Assembly (NCBI GenBank): GCA_951406725.2
Contig: OX597825.1
Span: 68,138,001-68,202,000 of the forward strand
Origin: Octopus vulgaris
Taxonomy: Eukaryota
Length of the DNA: 64,000 nucleotides
Direction of reading: 5' to 3'
The notes under the pieces are model-generated. The model saw nothing but the letters and a program-made list of their open reading frames with translations. It ran no database searches and was not told the origin of the DNA. The position numbers and the translations under genes are program-made. Below are positions 61,350-64,000 of the stretch, piece after piece; position 1 is the first letter of the stretch; every line of letters begins with the position of its first letter.

Positions 61350-61675
61350 GAAAGTGCATAGATCAGTGGTTAGAGCATTAGGCTTACAATGGTGAGGTTG
61401 TAAGTTCAATTCCTAGACAGGGTTATGTGTGGTGTTTTTGAGCAAGACACTTTATTTCACGTTGCTCCAGTTCACTCAGCTGTAGAAATGAGTTGCGACG
61501 TCGCTGGTGCCAAACTGCATCAGCTTTTGCCTTTCCCTTGGATAACATCAGTGGTGTGTAGAGGGGAGGCATGGGTAACTGCTGGTCTTCCATAAACAAC
61601 CTTGCCTGGACTTGTGCTTTGGAAGGGAAATTTCTAGGTGCAATCCCATAGTTTTCATGACAGAGAGGGAATCTC
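61350..61675 (+). mobile_element. CORE-type tRNA SINE (related copies at ~52430-52650 (-) and 56608-56800)
   Basis: tRNA-like head, then TTGAGCAAGACACTTTATTTCACGTTGCTCCAG..CACTCAGCTG..AAATGAG. Confidence 0.75.
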
Positions 61676-62349
61676 TACTCTTTACTGTATGTATGTATAT
61701 ATATACATATATATATATATACACACATTTTTTCTCTCCTTGTTTTTTTTGTATACCTTTCTGTAGAAGAGCGTAGGCTCGAAACATAAAAAAATTTTTC
61801 TATTCCTGAGCGCTATACTAATACATCTGTTTGTTTTGTACACCACCTGTCTTCGTCTTTTGTTTATTTTCGTAAACTTTCCCTTTATATATATATATAT
61901 ATACATACACACACACACACACATACACACATTACATATTACACACACACACACACACTCATATTTGTTTGTTCCTTCATTCAGCGTTTATTTTTCCATG
62001 CTAGCATGAGTTTGGACAGAGAGTTATTTGAGGCAGGATTTTTACAGAGAGATGCTCTTCCAGTCACCAATGCTTTCTGGGTTTTTTTTCAAGTAAAAGG
62101 TTCCTTTATTCCACAGGCCATCGAAAGCACAGAGCAACTAGTCATAATGTCAACAAGGAATGTTTAGAGATGTGTGTATGTATATCTATCTATGAATATT
62201 CTAGTAGATATTCAGGATTCTGGGGTTTCACTGGGAAATCTGTTTATGTGGAATTTTGCCTTTTCTTTTTTATTATTTATTCTTTGGTATAGAAATTGCT
62301 AGAATATTCTGAAAATAGTGTTAATGTCACATGATAGCAACACATAATA

Positions 62350-62690
62350 TCTGTGTGTGTGTGTGTCTGCGTGTGTGTGCACGAATGCATGCATTTGTGT
62401 ACACACACGTGTATGTGTGCTTGTGTACGCATGAATACATGCATGTGTGTGTGTGTGTTTGTGTATGCATGAATTCATGCATGTGTGTGTTTGTGTATGC
62501 ATGAGTACATGTATGTGTGTGTGTGTGTGTGTGTGTGTTTGTGTATGCATGAATTCATGCATGTGTGTGTTTGTGTATGCATGAGTACATGCATGTGTGT
62601 GTGTGTGTGTGTTTGTGTATGCATGAATTCATGCATGTGTGTGTTTGTGTATGCATGAGTACATGCATGTGTGTGTGTGTGCATGTGTGT
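62350..62690. repeat. Compound (TG)n/ATGC minisatellite
   Basis: Recurrent GTATGCATGAATTCATGCATGTG and GTATGCATGAGTACATGCATGTG units. Confidence 0.85.
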
Positions 62691-64000
62691 TAAGTTTATC
62701 ACAGCCTTTCGCAGGCTATTTCAGCTACTAAATATACAAAAGTGCAAAACGAACTCGTTAGCTGTTAATCGGTTGATTGTTTCCTTCCCATCTCTCGTCG
62801 GACTTATAAAGATTCCAATCACGGGTGTCATGCCATCCCCCAATATCCACAATTCAATTCACTCAGCTTGTTTAGTGCTTCATTGTGATTCCTCAGCCTT
62901 TCATTTTCACCAAACTGGCATTTTTATAAGCAGAAATCTCCTCGATTACGATATATTTTTCACAGGCACCTCAACAGTCTCGAAATATCCAAGACATTCT
63001 CTTCTGCATTGCTTGAGAGAATATTTTAGATTTTCAAGTCCAACATCATTTTGTCACTCTACAAGTCATTTCAGCAGATAAATTCTTATGTGTTCTTAAA
63101 AAGGTTCAACTGCACGGCATGTCTTCAATCACAAGAGGAGAGCTTATAAGAAATCCAAGCTACATAATCTCGCAGTAAACCTTTTACAGTTACACATTGC
63201 TTAAAGCTAAATTCAATGATATGTTTTGTTTTGTATTTTTTTTTTCTTCAAAGAGCTTTGGTATCAAAAGAATCTTAACAATTGTTTTTTGTTTGTCGTT
63301 CTGTTTTTCACAGGCATGTTATGTAGATGCCTTGTACTTGCACAAAGTACGGTTGTAGTTTGTGTGTGTCGTTATTATTTAACAGTTAATTAGTTGTCCA
63401 TAAAAGATTGAATCATACGGCTTCCGTTTGTGATGCACGTCGTTGCAATCAAGAATTGGTAACCTGTCAAAAGATAAAATATTGTTAGATAAATAAATAA
63501 CAATTTGTGTGTGCGTGTATGTGTGTATGATTGGCACTCTGCTGGTTATGACAAGGGTTTTGATCAACAGAACTGCCATGAAATTAATGTGTAAGTGGCT
63601 GAGCACTCCACAAACATTTGCACCTATTTCTTTACTACCCACAAGGGGCTAAACACAGAGAGGACAGACAAACAGATTAAGTCGATTATATCGACCCCAG
63701 TGCGTAACTGGTACTTATTTAGTCGACCCCGAAAGGATGAAAGGCAAAGTCGACCTCGGCGGAATTTGAACTCAGAACGTAGCGGCAGACGAAATCCTGC
63801 TAAGCATTTCGCCTGGCGTGCTAACGATTCTGCCAGCTCGCTGCCTTCAATTTCCACAAACATTTGTACCCTTAACATAGTTAACACACACACATGCACA
63901 CACGCACACATATGCATCTGTATGCAATGGGCTTCTTTCAGTTTCTGTCTACAAAATTCATTCACAAGGCTTTGGTCAGCTCAGGGCTATAAAAGAAAAT

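Overview
AT-rich, repeat-dense animal genomic DNA. The tRNA-head SINE repertoire, the microsatellite load and the TTAGGG tracts suggest an Octopus-type cephalopod (inference). I can support one host protein-coding gene: a single-ORF WDR27 orthologue (47966-50797, +) with an RFX X-box about 105 bp upstream. I can also support one intact tRNA-Arg(TCT) gene (26804-26876). The rest is mostly a mosaic of at least four SINE families, MITEs and Helitron pieces, plus decayed hAT, mariner, RTE, Dong/R4 and Penelope elements. Most short ORFs in the track are repeat or microsatellite artefacts. Four observations stand out. (1) The tRNA-Arg gene and the SINE after it lie inside one 16-bp target-site duplication, which suggests a retroposed pre-tRNA-SINE chimera. 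(2) Several small inverted-repeat elements carry minimal type-I hammerhead-ribozyme-like motifs, often as sense/antisense pairs. (3) A GG-terminated MITE family with 8-bp TSDs carries telomeric (TTAGGG)n tracts and has foldback derivatives. (4) WDR27 is intronless. All calls were made by eye. Coordinates of decayed repeats are approximate and family names come from recalled motifs, not database searches.
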